Shown: one piece after another, positions 1 to 7,864 of the stretch | Layout: the number at the start of each line of letters is the position of its first letter | Numbering within the stretch: position 1 is the stretch's first letter | Sequence record: OM386665.1 | Origin: Escherichia phage vB_EcoM_ESCO56 | Direction: 5' to 3' (one strand) | Length of the DNA: 64,000 nt | Notes under the pieces: generated by a model | Database searches by the model: none | What the model was told of the DNA's origin: nothing | The model's input: the letters and a program-made list of their open reading frames with translations, nothing else | Translations under genes and position numbers: made by a program

Positions 1-390
1 TTGTGAAAAAATGTATTCAAGTCTGTTTGTTTCTTTATTAACTGTCATTGGAGATTGAAATGCAGTGTCGAGGGTAATGAAAGCGGCTTCAATGCTATTA
101 ACATTGATACGTTTATTCTCACAGTTATATAACTTTACACCCAAAAGGCATGAACTGTCAAATGGAATTTTAACAATTTCACTACAATTTCCTGAAATAA
201 ACGGTTTTCCACTCATTGGAGCATCAAGTAACCTGCAAATAGTGAAAACGTCAGAGGTTCCACCATCACTTACATAACCTGAAAGGCTGACCCTTGAGCC
301 AGCCTCTACAGATAACTCGTCAGTAATGATAAGAATACCTCTATACGAATGCACTCGTGTAGCATTTGAAATAGAGATAACTTCAGCCAT
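1..390 (-). CDS. hypothetical protein, partial (C-terminus beyond window start); downstream of portal, possibly head morphogenesis
   Basis: Minus-strand ORF starting ATG at 390-388 (MAEVISISNATRVHSYRG...) open to position 1; start overlaps portal stop (TAATG coupling). Absent from ORF track because it runs off the edge. Confidence 0.5.
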   Translation of the reverse strand, partial: MAEVISISNATRVHSYRGILIITDELSVEAGSRVSLSGYVSDGGTSDVFTICRLLDAPMSGKPFISGNCSEIVKIPFDSSCLLGVKLYNCENKRINVNSIEAAFITLDTAFQSPMTVNKETNRLEYIFSQ

Positions 391-1865
391 TATTTATTTG
401 CCTTATTTGCTGTGCTTGGGTCTTTCGCTGAAGGTGTCTTTGCAGTACCTTCTCCAGCGGTCTTATAACCGTCTCCTGAACGGCTTTGGGTATTTGGAGA
501 AAGCTTTTCAGATACTGGCTGAGACTCATCAGCAGGAGGAAGACCAATATGCTCTCTAAGCTTGTTAGATAGCTCTTTGTCAACTTCCAAAGCACCTACT
601 GCAACAGTCTTCTGGATATAAGAACCAATTGTTTCAAGGTCTGGAGTTTCGATATCATCATATGTGATTTGCACATGTTCTTCATCGTCCCACATATTAA
701 GAGCATAAGTCTGTGCAACTAAATCACGGTTAATTACGTTCTTAATTTGCTTCAGCAGAATACCTACTGACATTGCTAGTAAGCTTGTCTTAGAATCTGC
801 AAGAGAGAATGAACCATATTTTGACTGACCCATAGCAAGAACATCTGACATAAATGCCATCATAATCTGCTTGGAATATCTGTCAATAATAGAACCCGTA
901 TCATATGCTTTAGCACCCTGTCTAGAAACTAATGAGAACTCGAAAATATCCTCTTTAGTCTCTGGGTCGATATATCTAGGCCAGATTAAACCTGCTCTAT
1001 CATTAGCAATCATATCATTAACGACAGTTTTGCAGTATTGTACGAAAGCTTTCTTTTCAGGTTCTGCATTTTCATCCAGATAATCTGGTGGTAAACCAAT
1101 CTTTGGCATACCTACCAAGTCTCTTGAAACACCAACAGCTTCGTACTCTTCAATCTGGACTTTATACTTCCACGGTACATAGGCATTAAGTAATGGTGAA
1201 CGACCTTCTGGGTTTCCATATTCATCGTCATACTTAAACAGCATGAATTTAGCTCGTGGGAGTTTTCTTGTTAGTGGTCTTTCTCCGAGATTAATTGCTC
1301 CAGCAATATGTGAAACATTTCTCAGATTCTGTCTAACACCAGTAACTTTTCTAAAGTCTTCATCAAAATACCACTTATCAAGTGTTGATTGGTTTCTGAT
1401 TGGTAATTTAGCCCATCCAATTAGACCATCATCAAATTTTGACTGGTACTTTCCTTTTTTACCCTGTCGCTTCTTATAAACTTTCTCATTAACACAGAAC
1501 CCATAAGTGCAGAATGACATTACAGAATTAATAAAATCTGCCCAATCATGCTCCATGTCATCCATTAAAGAATTAAAGAAGTCTGCTCTTTCAAGCATTT
1601 TAGGGTCTTGCTCTTTTCCCTTTGGAGGTACGAATCTCCAGTTGACTTTTCTGACAAACATCTTAATAATATTTACAGATGCTGCTACAGCAGGGTCACG
1701 CATCATTAATTGGAAAGTTTTAATACTTTCAGGGAACCTTAGTGCCTGACGAGGTTCTTCATAGATTCTTCCATTCTTAACCTTCAGACCCAAAGAACCT
1801 ACTTCACCCATCCTAAATGGTGGTAAGCTTTCTTGTGTTTCTGTAATATCTGCCATTCTTCTCAC
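390..1865 (-). CDS. portal protein
   Basis: 491 aa ORF directly downstream of large terminase on same strand; size and acidic/basic C-terminal tail typical of portal proteins. Assignment by position and general features, not a verified motif. Confidence 0.7.
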   Translation of the reverse strand: MRRMADITETQESLPPFRMGEVGSLGLKVKNGRIYEEPRQALRFPESIKTFQLMMRDPAVAASVNIIKMFVRKVNWRFVPPKGKEQDPKMLERADFFNSLMDDMEHDWADFINSVMSFCTYGFCVNEKVYKKRQGKKGKYQSKFDDGLIGWAKLPIRNQSTLDKWYFDEDFRKVTGVRQNLRNVSHIAGAINLGERPLTRKLPRAKFMLFKYDDEYGNPEGRSPLLNAYVPWKYKVQIEEYEAVGVSRDLVGMPKIGLPPDYLDENAEPEKKAFVQYCKTVVNDMIANDRAGLIWPRYIDPETKEDIFEFSLVSRQGAKAYDTGSIIDRYSKQIMMAFMSDVLAMGQSKYGSFSLADSKTSLLAMSVGILLKQIKNVINRDLVAQTYALNMWDDEEHVQITYDDIETPDLETIGSYIQKTVAVGALEVDKELSNKLREHIGLPPADESQPVSEKLSPNTQSRSGDGYKTAGEGTAKTPSAKDPSTANKANK

Positions 1866-1872
1866 CTAGCTA

Positions 1873-3489
1873 TCAACGCCTAAGCCCCTCATATGGGTTT
1901 CCTCTCACTAAGTCTGTGTGAGCACCCATTGATGGTGGCTTGAATAATTTAACTTCGTTAAGACTGTTGAAAGCATCACTGGTAGCATCCACTTGGTCAT
2001 CTTTAGTTTTGCCATCACCACAAAAGCCTTCAAGCTCTTGAAAATAAGCTTCGTTCCAACTACCTCTCAAAACTTTTACAAGTCCAGCTTCAGAAGCAGC
2101 AGAAAACCCCGCAAATCGGGTAACTTTATCTTTATTTGTTGGTTTAGCTCTTGCACGATAGCCTTTCTCGGCAAGTTTCCTGATGAGGGATGTTGCGTAG
2201 GATTTACCAGCAGCGCCTGGGTCTTGAGGGATAAAAATACCAGTTCGCTTACCGTCACTTTCAGCAGTCAAATTAATTTGTGTTTCGACTCCAGAGGGTC
2301 TATCTCTAAATCTTACTACATCAATGATATAATAGCAACCGTCTTTTTTAGATTTACCCATCTTAACACCTGCTGTCCAGTCTGGATTAGGGTTAACCTC
2401 AGATGGTAAAGTTGCTGCTAAGTCCCATGCTCTAACATCAAATACATCTTCTGGGAGTGAATCAACAATCTCACACCATTGTCTTTGCCAGTAGTTTGAA
2501 CCTTCTGCACGAGCCTTCCAGTTACCAAAACGAAGTCTTGCAACGTTTACAGGAGTGTTGTTTTCCAACTTACCACGATACTTAGGTTCTAAGAAGTCAA
2601 GAATTGGGTTATCATCAATCGTACCAGAGATAAAGGTGTATGTTTGAGGAATCTCAAGAGGGAACATTTCAAGAATCTTGTCTCTCTCCCAATCAGAAAC
2701 CATCACACCATCATTCATTACATACCAACGAATACGACCACACTTTTCAGGGTCTGGATAACCTTCTTCATCTAAGAATGGTTCTACCCAATCGTAAATA
2801 AAGTGGTCTCTATCTGGGTTCATGGAAATCTTCATGTATGAATCACCATCAGCACCAGAACGTAGACGGGTTTGTAGGTATGAAATCTGTGAAGCAGAGA
2901 AGTGTGTACCTTCATCAAAGTAAATAGCTGAGTATTCAATACCCTGATGACCTTCAGCGTGCTTTTCAAGTTCTAGGTAGGTAAACTTGATAGTTGCCCC
3001 AGAAGGGAATGTGATAGTCATTTTCTGCTCGTGAGGAATCCCACCAAACTTACCAAATAGTTTCTTTGCAGCAGGCCATAAACCACCTTGTAACTGTGTT
3101 GTATTTCGACGGAAATACACAGCATTATAGTTAGGGTCTTCAATAAATCTTAAAGAGTCCATTAACAACGCGGCAGTCTTACCAGCACCAGCAGCACCAC
3201 CATAAAGAACCAAGTCAGCATTAGTGTTTAAAAAGACCTCTTGAGAACCCGGCTGAGGGGCTACATAGTTCTTATCAGTCATCAATTTAAAGATGAGGCG
3301 AACTTGGTCTGGTGTGTATCTTAATAAAGTCAGAATTTGAGTTGGAAGGAATTTAGAGGGGTCTTTACCGAATGATTTAATAATTTCTTTTACTTCATCA
3401 GAAAGCCCCAACTCTCCAGCTAGGACTTTCCTAACATCTTCCACTCGCTTCTGCTTAACAGTATTTAAGTCCATTAAGCGCCTCCGCAA
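1873..3489 (-). CDS. terminase large subunit
   Basis: 538 aa; Walker A P-loop YGGAAGAGKTAALL in N-terminal ATPase region followed by a nuclease-sized C-terminal domain; precedes portal gene. Confidence 0.85.
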   Translation of the reverse strand: MRRRLMDLNTVKQKRVEDVRKVLAGELGLSDEVKEIIKSFGKDPSKFLPTQILTLLRYTPDQVRLIFKLMTDKNYVAPQPGSQEVFLNTNADLVLYGGAAGAGKTAALLMDSLRFIEDPNYNAVYFRRNTTQLQGGLWPAAKKLFGKFGGIPHEQKMTITFPSGATIKFTYLELEKHAEGHQGIEYSAIYFDEGTHFSASQISYLQTRLRSGADGDSYMKISMNPDRDHFIYDWVEPFLDEEGYPDPEKCGRIRWYVMNDGVMVSDWERDKILEMFPLEIPQTYTFISGTIDDNPILDFLEPKYRGKLENNTPVNVARLRFGNWKARAEGSNYWQRQWCEIVDSLPEDVFDVRAWDLAATLPSEVNPNPDWTAGVKMGKSKKDGCYYIIDVVRFRDRPSGVETQINLTAESDGKRTGIFIPQDPGAAGKSYATSLIRKLAEKGYRARAKPTNKDKVTRFAGFSAASEAGLVKVLRGSWNEAYFQELEGFCGDGKTKDDQVDATSDAFNSLNEVKLFKPPSMGAHTDLVRGNPYEGLRR

Positions 3490-3495
3490 ATAGAA

Positions 3496-3696
3496 TTATT
3501 CAGAGTCTGTCGCAGTCTCTTCTTTCTTAACTTCGAACTTTGCATCAACAGCATCAAGAAGTGCATCCATAGATGCTTCTTTAATATCAATACCTGTTGC
3601 TACAGATAATCTATCTGCAATTGCCATGATAGTGTTCTGCATAAATTCTAGCTTTTTATTAGCTTCATAAAGTTCTTTATAAACGTTCTCGCTCAT
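3496..3696 (-). CDS. hypothetical small protein (66 aa)
   Basis: Track ORF 3496..3771 trimmed to internal ATG (MSENVYKELYE...) preceded by GGAGA 7 nt upstream; immediately upstream of terminase. Confidence 0.5.
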   Translation of the reverse strand: MSENVYKELYEANKKLEFMQNTIMAIADRLSVATGIDIKEASMDALLDAVDAKFEVKKEETATDSE

Positions 3697-3918
3697 TATG
3701 TTTTCTCCAAATGATAAATCTTGTTTCCCCTTAAAAAAGACGGCACGGAGACCGTCAAGGAGAAACCACAATGTACGTCAGAGACATACTGTATAAGTCT
3801 TCCTATAAAGTATAACTCTGTAAAAAAGCCCTGTCTAAAAATACTCTTCGGTAGCGAAAGGAAGAATACTTATAGCAGGGCATTATTATTATTTTAATTG
3901 AGAGAGAGTAAAATAACT

Positions 3919-3994
3919 TGGAGAATCCGAAGGGACTTGAACCCTTATAAACCTGTTTTGCAGACAGGCACATATCCATTTCTGTCACGGATTC
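3919..3994 (-). tRNA. tRNA-Cys (anticodon GCA)
   Basis: Hand-folded: acceptor GAATCCG/CGGATTC, anticodon loop CTGCAAA, T-arm AAGGG-TTCAAGT-CCCTT, discriminator U, encoded CCA. Confidence 0.8.
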
Positions 3995-3999
3995 AAAAT

Positions 4000-4092
4000 T
4001 GGAGGAAGATACCAGACTTGAACTGGTACACCGATTTCTCAGCTACTGGCAGTTTAGCAAACTGCTCCCTTACCTTTTAGGGTTAATCTTCC
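4000..4092 (-). tRNA. tRNA-Ser (anticodon GCU), class II with long variable arm
   Basis: Acceptor GGAAGAT/ATCTTCC, 3-bp D-stem, anticodon stem GCAGT/ACTGC with loop TTGCTAA, about 21-nt variable arm, T-loop TTCAAGT, encoded CCA. Confidence 0.7.
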
Positions 4093-4093
4093 A

Positions 4094-4828
4094 TTATCTT
4101 TGTAATGCGCTCTTCATTTCTGGTGTTGCAATAGTATCAATCACACCAGTTTTACAAGCATCATCAAACCAGTCTGGTAAGATACCTGCTAAGAACCCAT
4201 TGATATTCGTTTTAAGGTACTCTGCAATAAGGGCAGCTTCTTCTTCAATCATCTGCACAACTTCATCTGCATAAGCTGTAATCTTTGAGATACCTTCATT
4301 AATCTTACTAACAGCCTGATTAGCTAAATCAGAAATAGTCTCAAGACCCTCATCAATAGCGTCTTGTAAGTCACTTAACACACCGTTAACACTGTCTAGT
4401 GTGCTGTTAATCATGTCAATAGCTTGCTGACCATACTCTGTAGCAACACCCATAATACCACTAAATGGTGTACAACCAACTTGTTCTCCTGCTGCACCCA
4501 TAACATTGGAGTATCCCTTTGCTACCTGCATACGTGATGAAAACTCATCAATAGACTTTTGACCGTAGTCTGTTAGGGTCTTAGTAGTTGCTGTAGTGCT
4601 TGTAAGGCTTGTTGTAAAACTGTTTAGAAGGACTGTTGTAAGTCCAGCAGCAACAAGCTTCTCCTTCATTGTAGGGTCTGTTACAGAGCTAATAGAGCTT
4701 ACAAGTGATGTAGAGGCAGCTACGGTTCCACCGAGAACTGCTGCACCAGTAATAAGTGGGTTAGAAAACCCTCTACCGGTTTTTAAGAGATTAAAAATCT
4801 CCTTACCTTGTTCTGTCATCTCTTTCAT
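4094..4828 (-). CDS. hypothetical protein (Ser/Thr-rich, coiled-coil C-terminus)
   Basis: Track ORF 4094..4876 overlaps the tRNA at 4845-4923; trimmed to ATG at 4828 (MKEMTEQ...) with AAAGGTG RBS. Confidence 0.55.
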   Translation of the reverse strand: MKEMTEQGKEIFNLLKTGRGFSNPLITGAAVLGGTVAASTSLVSSISSVTDPTMKEKLVAAGLTTVLLNSFTTSLTSTTATTKTLTDYGQKSIDEFSSRMQVAKGYSNVMGAAGEQVGCTPFSGIMGVATEYGQQAIDMINSTLDSVNGVLSDLQDAIDEGLETISDLANQAVSKINEGISKITAYADEVVQMIEEEAALIAEYLKTNINGFLAGILPDWFDDACKTGVIDTIATPEMKSALQR

Positions 4829-4844
4829 TAAGCACCTTTGAAAT

Positions 4845-4923
4845 TGGTACTCCATATCGGATTCGAACCGATACATAACACAGATTTTAAGTCTGGCCTC
4901 TCTGCCAATTGGAGTAATGGAGC
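4845..4923 (-). tRNA. tRNA with anticodon UAA (Leu-decoding) but class-I length
   Basis: Acceptor GCTCCAT/ATGGAGT, Leu-like D-arm (3-bp stem, loop CAATTGGCAGA), anticodon loop CTTAAAA, short variable loop, T-arm ATCGG-TTCGAAT-CCGAT, A73, CCA. Confidence 0.65.
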
Positions 4924-4925
4924 AT

Positions 4926-5001
4926 TGGCGGGGGATGTTGGAATTGAACCAACTTCTTCGATTTCAAAGACCGAGGTTTTAACCTTGTAAACTAATCCCC
5001 T
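4926..5001 (-). tRNA. tRNA-Gln (anticodon UUG)
   Basis: Anticodon stem TCGGT/ATCGA with loop CTTTGAA, T-arm GTTGG-TTCAATT-CCAAC, discriminator G; 1:72 apparently unpaired. Confidence 0.75.
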
Positions 5002-5009
5002 TTAAATCT

Positions 5010-5567
5010 TTACTTTCTCAGTGGATGAATAAAGAATGCCAACATAACTCTTTCCCTTGAGAATGCTCTTTCTTCTGGGACAACGCTTTTTAGTTTCCAT
5101 CCAATATAAATTCTCCAGTAAAACTGTTTACCAAAGATTTTAATTGATGGGATAAAAGCGAATAATCCCCAAGCATTGCTATTCCACATTAGGAGATAAC
5201 CAGTCTGATTATCTTCAGGGTCAGAACTTACGTTGATATTACCTTTCCACTTAGTAACATCTTTTACATCTCTTCCTAATACATGGTAAGAGAAGTTATA
5301 AGCTTTGTTTCTCCAGAGCCATCCAACTCTCTGCATGTAGACACCCAGCTTACCAATCTCTCTAATCTTAGCCCAGCGTTTGACGTGGCCTTCATCACCA
5401 TCAATCGGGTTGTCATAGGTCTCCATCCATCTGAATCCAAAAGGTAGATGTCCTTTCTTCTCGCTGTAGAATGGAACCACGAAAGGTGCTAAGATGACTG
5501 CTAGGGTTGCTGCAAATGGTTCTAGTAAAGCTAGGAAAATCCATGAAGCATACTTCAAATATCTCAT
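5010..5567 (-). CDS. hypothetical protein (hydrophobic N-terminus, probable membrane protein)
   Basis: 185 aa ORF with AAGAGG RBS 9 nt upstream of ATG at 5567; N-terminal hydrophobic stretch WIFLALLEPFAATLAVILAPFVVPF. Confidence 0.6.
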   Translation of the reverse strand: MRYLKYASWIFLALLEPFAATLAVILAPFVVPFYSEKKGHLPFGFRWMETYDNPIDGDEGHVKRWAKIREIGKLGVYMQRVGWLWRNKAYNFSYHVLGRDVKDVTKWKGNINVSSDPEDNQTGYLLMWNSNAWGLFAFIPSIKIFGKQFYWRIYIGWKLKSVVPEERAFSRERVMLAFFIHPLRK

Positions 5568-5586
5568 CTAAATAGCCTCTTAAGAT

Positions 5587-5664
5587 TGGTGTTCCAAGAC
5601 GGATTCGAACCGTCACTAATACAAGGTTTGAGCTTGCATCCTCTGCCAATTGGGATACTGGAAC
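5587..5664 (-). tRNA. tRNA with anticodon CAA (Leu-decoding) but class-I length
   Basis: Acceptor GTTCCAG/TTGGAAC, D-arm TCC-CAATTGGCAGA-GGA, anticodon stem GCAAG/CTTGT with loop CTCAAAC, T-arm GACGG-TTCGAAT-CCGTC, A73, CCA. Confidence 0.65.
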
Positions 5665-5665
5665 A

Positions 5666-5740
5666 TGGTACTCACTAAAGGACTTGAACCTTTTTCTTCA
5701 TCTTGTAAGGGTGATGTTTTACCATATAAACTAAGCGAGT
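5666..5740 (-). tRNA. tRNA-Val (anticodon UAC)
   Basis: Acceptor ACTCGCT/AGTGAGT, D-stem GTTT/AAAC, anticodon loop CTTACAA, T-arm AAAGG-TTCAAGT-CCTTT, A73, CCA. Confidence 0.75.
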
Positions 5741-5835
5741 GTAGAAGAGGTCTGAAGTTGTGCCGCTAACTCAACTCCGTGGAATTTGTTACGGTCTTCA
5801 GTTGACACCAGCGGTCTTTCACTTGACCTCTGAAT

Positions 5836-5912
5836 TGGTGCTGCTCACAGGACTTGAACCTGCATTTCCATCCTTACAAGGGATGTGTAATAGCCAATTA
5901 TACGAAAGCAGC
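5836..5912 (-). tRNA. tRNA-Thr (anticodon UGU)
   Basis: Acceptor GCTGCTT/GAGCAGC, anticodon stem CATCC/GGATG with loop CTTGTAA, T-loop TTCAAGT, A73, CCA. Confidence 0.75.
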
Positions 5913-5919
5913 ATTAATT

Positions 5920-5996
5920 TGGTACACCTAGAGAGATTCGAACTCACACTGAGCAGATTCTAAGTCTGCTGCCTCTACCAGTTGGGCTATAGGTGC
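5920..5996 (-). tRNA. tRNA with anticodon UAG (Leu-decoding) but class-I length
   Basis: Acceptor GCACCTA/TAGGTGT, D-arm GCC-CAACTGGTAGA-GGC, anticodon stem GCAGA/TCTGC with loop CTTAGAA, T-loop TTCGAAT, A73, CCA. Confidence 0.65.
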
Positions 5997-6074
5997 ATTA
6001 AATCTTTTTAGAGAACTTCTAAGAACCTAAGCAACAAGGTTCCACAACAAGCTGTAATAACCTTAGAAGCCCTC

Positions 6075-6250
6075 TAAAAAGACCTAAAAAGGTCTTTGCA
6101 TAGTCTTGTTTAATCCGGTGACTAGAACCTTTGGAGAGCTTGATATTATCTCTTCTCCGTGACACCTGCTAGGTGCTTTATGAGTGTGTACGACAATACA
6201 CGCGGGATACCAAAGCAACACCCTAATGAAGCTTGGCTTTAAATCTTATT
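6075..6250 (-). ncRNA. candidate small structured RNA between tRNA genes, ending in an intrinsic terminator
   Basis: No tRNA fold found. Minus-sense sequence carries hairpins GTGTA-TTGTCG-TACAC, CACC-TAGCA-GGTG, GGAGA..TCTCC, then AGACC-TTTTT-AGGTCT followed by TTTT (6075-6096). 5' end not defined. Confidence 0.3.
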
Positions 6251-6253
6251 AGG

Positions 6254-6341
6254 CGGTAAGTAAAGGAGTCGAACCCTCACCGTATCTCTACAGTGGCAAC
6301 TGTTTTCAAGACAGTTTGGCTACCATTAGCCGCTACCTACC
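6254..6341 (-). tRNA. tRNA-Ser (anticodon UGA), class II
   Basis: Acceptor GGTAGGT/ACTTACC, anticodon stem ACTGT/ACAGT with loop CTTGAAA, about 20-nt variable arm, T-loop TTCGACT, G73; CCA not fully encoded. Confidence 0.7.
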
Positions 6342-6354
6342 CCTAATAAGACTT

Positions 6355-6437
6355 TGGCATGGGACGGAGGAGTTGAACCCCTTTGAAACGGTGTTGGAAG
6401 CCGTTGCTCATGCCTTAGAGTCTTAACATCGTCCCAT
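6355..6437 (-). tRNA. tRNA candidate, anticodon probably CCA (Trp); D region about 7 nt longer than canonical
   Basis: Acceptor ATGGGAC/GTCCCAT, T-loop TTCAACT, G73, CCA; anticodon register inferred from distance to T-loop (loop TTCCAAC); D-arm could not be folded canonically. Confidence 0.4.
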
Positions 6438-6580
6438 ACTATAATTCGAAGCTTACCGTATTATCTCAACACTGTAAAGCCCCTTCTCAGATTATTTACA
6501 TGTTCTGGAAAACATGAGATACAGACCACCTCCCTACAGGAAGACCCGCTTAGGTCGTCTAAGTAATCTGCTAACTAAAT

Positions 6581-6662
6581 TGGTCGAGGCGGCAGGACTC
6601 GAACCCGCATACTCCACTTACTCGGTTAACGTCTGTTTAGAAGACAGATGAGATACGCCCCG
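6581..6662 (-). tRNA. tRNA-like element (acceptor and T-arm present, anticodon-like loop CUUCUAA; no D-arm resolved)
   Basis: Acceptor CGGGGCG/CGCCTCG with one G-U, T-arm GCGGG-TTCGAGT-CCTGC, A73, CCA; only internal hairpin is TCTGT-CTTCTAA-ACAGA placed too far 5' for a canonical tRNA. Confidence 0.3.
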
Positions 6663-6910
6663 TAATTATCTTTAAAGACTCTCTTAGAAAGCCCTTAAAG
6701 ATGCCCACCTTATTAATCATACCGTGGGCTAGTACGCCAAATTCTTTGATGAGGGATTGGAAGACCTCACTGGTGTTTAGCCTATCAAGCTACTGCCAGA
6801 AAAACATTGTCGTTTGCATTTATTTTAAATTTGCAAAATAGACGCTACGCAACGAAAACTAAGGGTACTATAAAGTGGTCACATCACTATTCTGCTACAC
6901 TTCCATTAAA

Positions 6911-7050
6911 TTATCTTTGTAGATAAGCTACCCAGACTTGCTTAAGGTCTGTAGCGATGTGACTTTTTGGGTTTAAATCTAGAATTTACCCTTTCACCCT
7001 TTGTGGTCGCATACTCACAGGTAAGCTTAATAACTTATCTACAAAGATAA
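6911..7050. repeat. long inverted repeat (17-bp perfect arms, about 106-bp spacer) in tRNA-array spacer
   Basis: TTATCTTTGTAGATAAG at 6911-6927 is the exact reverse complement of CTTATCTACAAAGATAA at 7034-7050. Confidence 0.8.
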
Positions 7051-7098
7051 TTACCAGACCGTTGTTTATCATCTTAACTAGATATCTCATAAAGTGTT

Positions 7099-7186
7099 TG
7101 GTGTGCCGTGTAGGAGTCGAACCTACCGAGTCTCAATGACAAGGGATTTACAGTCCCCACCGCTACCATCTACGGGATAACGACAC
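7099..7186 (-). tRNA. tRNA-Tyr (anticodon GUA), class II
   Basis: Acceptor GTGTCGT/ACGGCAC, anticodon stem GGGGA/TCCCT with loop CTGTAAA, about 14-nt variable arm, T-arm GTAGG-TTCGACT-CCTAC, A73, CCA. Confidence 0.8.
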
Positions 7187-7255
7187 ATTTAATTTCTATT
7201 CAGGCTAAGGACTTGCACCTTACAAATCGGTGAGCAATCGCTTCTCTCCTGAATT

Positions 7256-7332
7256 TGGCGGTTAGTCAGGGATTCGAACCCTGTGCCATTCGCTTAACAG
7301 GCGACCGCACATACCTTATGTGCTTCCTAACC
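7256..7332 (-). tRNA. tRNA-Asn (anticodon GUU)
   Basis: D-stem GCAC/GTGC, anticodon loop CTGTTAA, T-arm CAGGG-TTCGAAT-CCCTG, G73, CCA. Confidence 0.8.
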
Positions 7333-7416
7333 ATGTTTAGTATTACCAGACCGTATCTTTCAATTTTTCCGCTAAAAATTTAATAAACATTGCTGTAAAC
7401 GGTCTTCTGTAAAATT

Positions 7417-7493
7417 TGGAGGCGGGTGCAGGAGTCGAACCTGCCGATACCATGCTAATGAGACATGTGAGACGCCCTTTCTCTATACCCGCA
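7417..7493 (-). tRNA. tRNA with anticodon CAU (Met, fMet or Ile2)
   Basis: Anticodon stem CATGT/GCATG with loop CTCATTA (position 37 is U, unusual), T-arm GCAGG-TTCGACT-CCTGC, CCA. Confidence 0.65.
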
Positions 7494-7623
7494 ATTCTTA
7501 ATGACCAGACCAAATCTCTTCTTTGTCCGATTTACCTTCAGATGAATAAGATTAAGTTTGCTGTAATTGGTCTTCTGTCAAAACTGGCGTTCCAGAAGGG
7601 ATTTGTCTACTGGAACATTAATT

Positions 7624-7700
7624 TGGTCTCTGTTGGAGGACTTGAACCTCCGGCCTTACCGCCCCAAACGGAACGCTCTACCAAGCTGAGCTAAACAGAG
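7624..7700 (-). tRNA. tRNA-Pro (anticodon UGG)
   Basis: Acceptor CTCTGTT/AACAGAG, D-stem GCTC/GAGC, anticodon loop TTTGGGG (G37), T-arm GGAGG-TTCAAGT-CCTCC, A73, CCA. Confidence 0.8.
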
Positions 7701-7817
7701 ATAAACTTTTTAAACTCTATGTAACCACTTTAACACTATTTTTTAGTGATTGTCAAGAACTTTTTTAAAATATTTTCAGTATCTTAGAAAAGCTCTCGTT
7801 TCGTTTCTATGTAGAAC

Positions 7818-7846
7818 ATATTAAAGGGTATCAAACACATTGTCAA
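7818..7846 (-). promoter_or_regulatory. sigma70-type promoter for the tRNA array, embedded in a palindromic operator-like element
   Basis: Minus strand reads TTGACA-N17-TAATAT; the -35 and spacer are flanked by inverted repeat AAGGGTAT (7824-7831) / ATACCCTT (7846-7853). Confidence 0.55.
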
Positions 7847-7864
7847 TACCCTTTTTAAAACTTT

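Noticed and set aside
65-595. Track ORFs 65..277 (+), 326..559 (+) and 383..595 (-)
   Set aside because: They overlap the portal gene or the partial minus-strand gene at 1..390, which has a coupled start and continuous frame.
3803-4274. Track ORFs 3803..3988 (-), 3898..4080 (+) and 3999..4274 (+)
   Set aside because: They overlap tRNA-Cys and tRNA-Ser and each other on both strands; no RBS; explained by the tRNA genes.
5413-5963. Track ORFs 5413..5649 (-) and 5760..5963 (+)
   Set aside because: They run through tRNA genes (CAA, Val, Thr, UAG) and a better-supported ORF (5010..5567).
7416-7694. Track ORF 7416..7694 (+), 92 aa
   Set aside because: Spans tRNA-Met and tRNA-Pro on the opposite strand; start is a non-ATG codon; no RBS.
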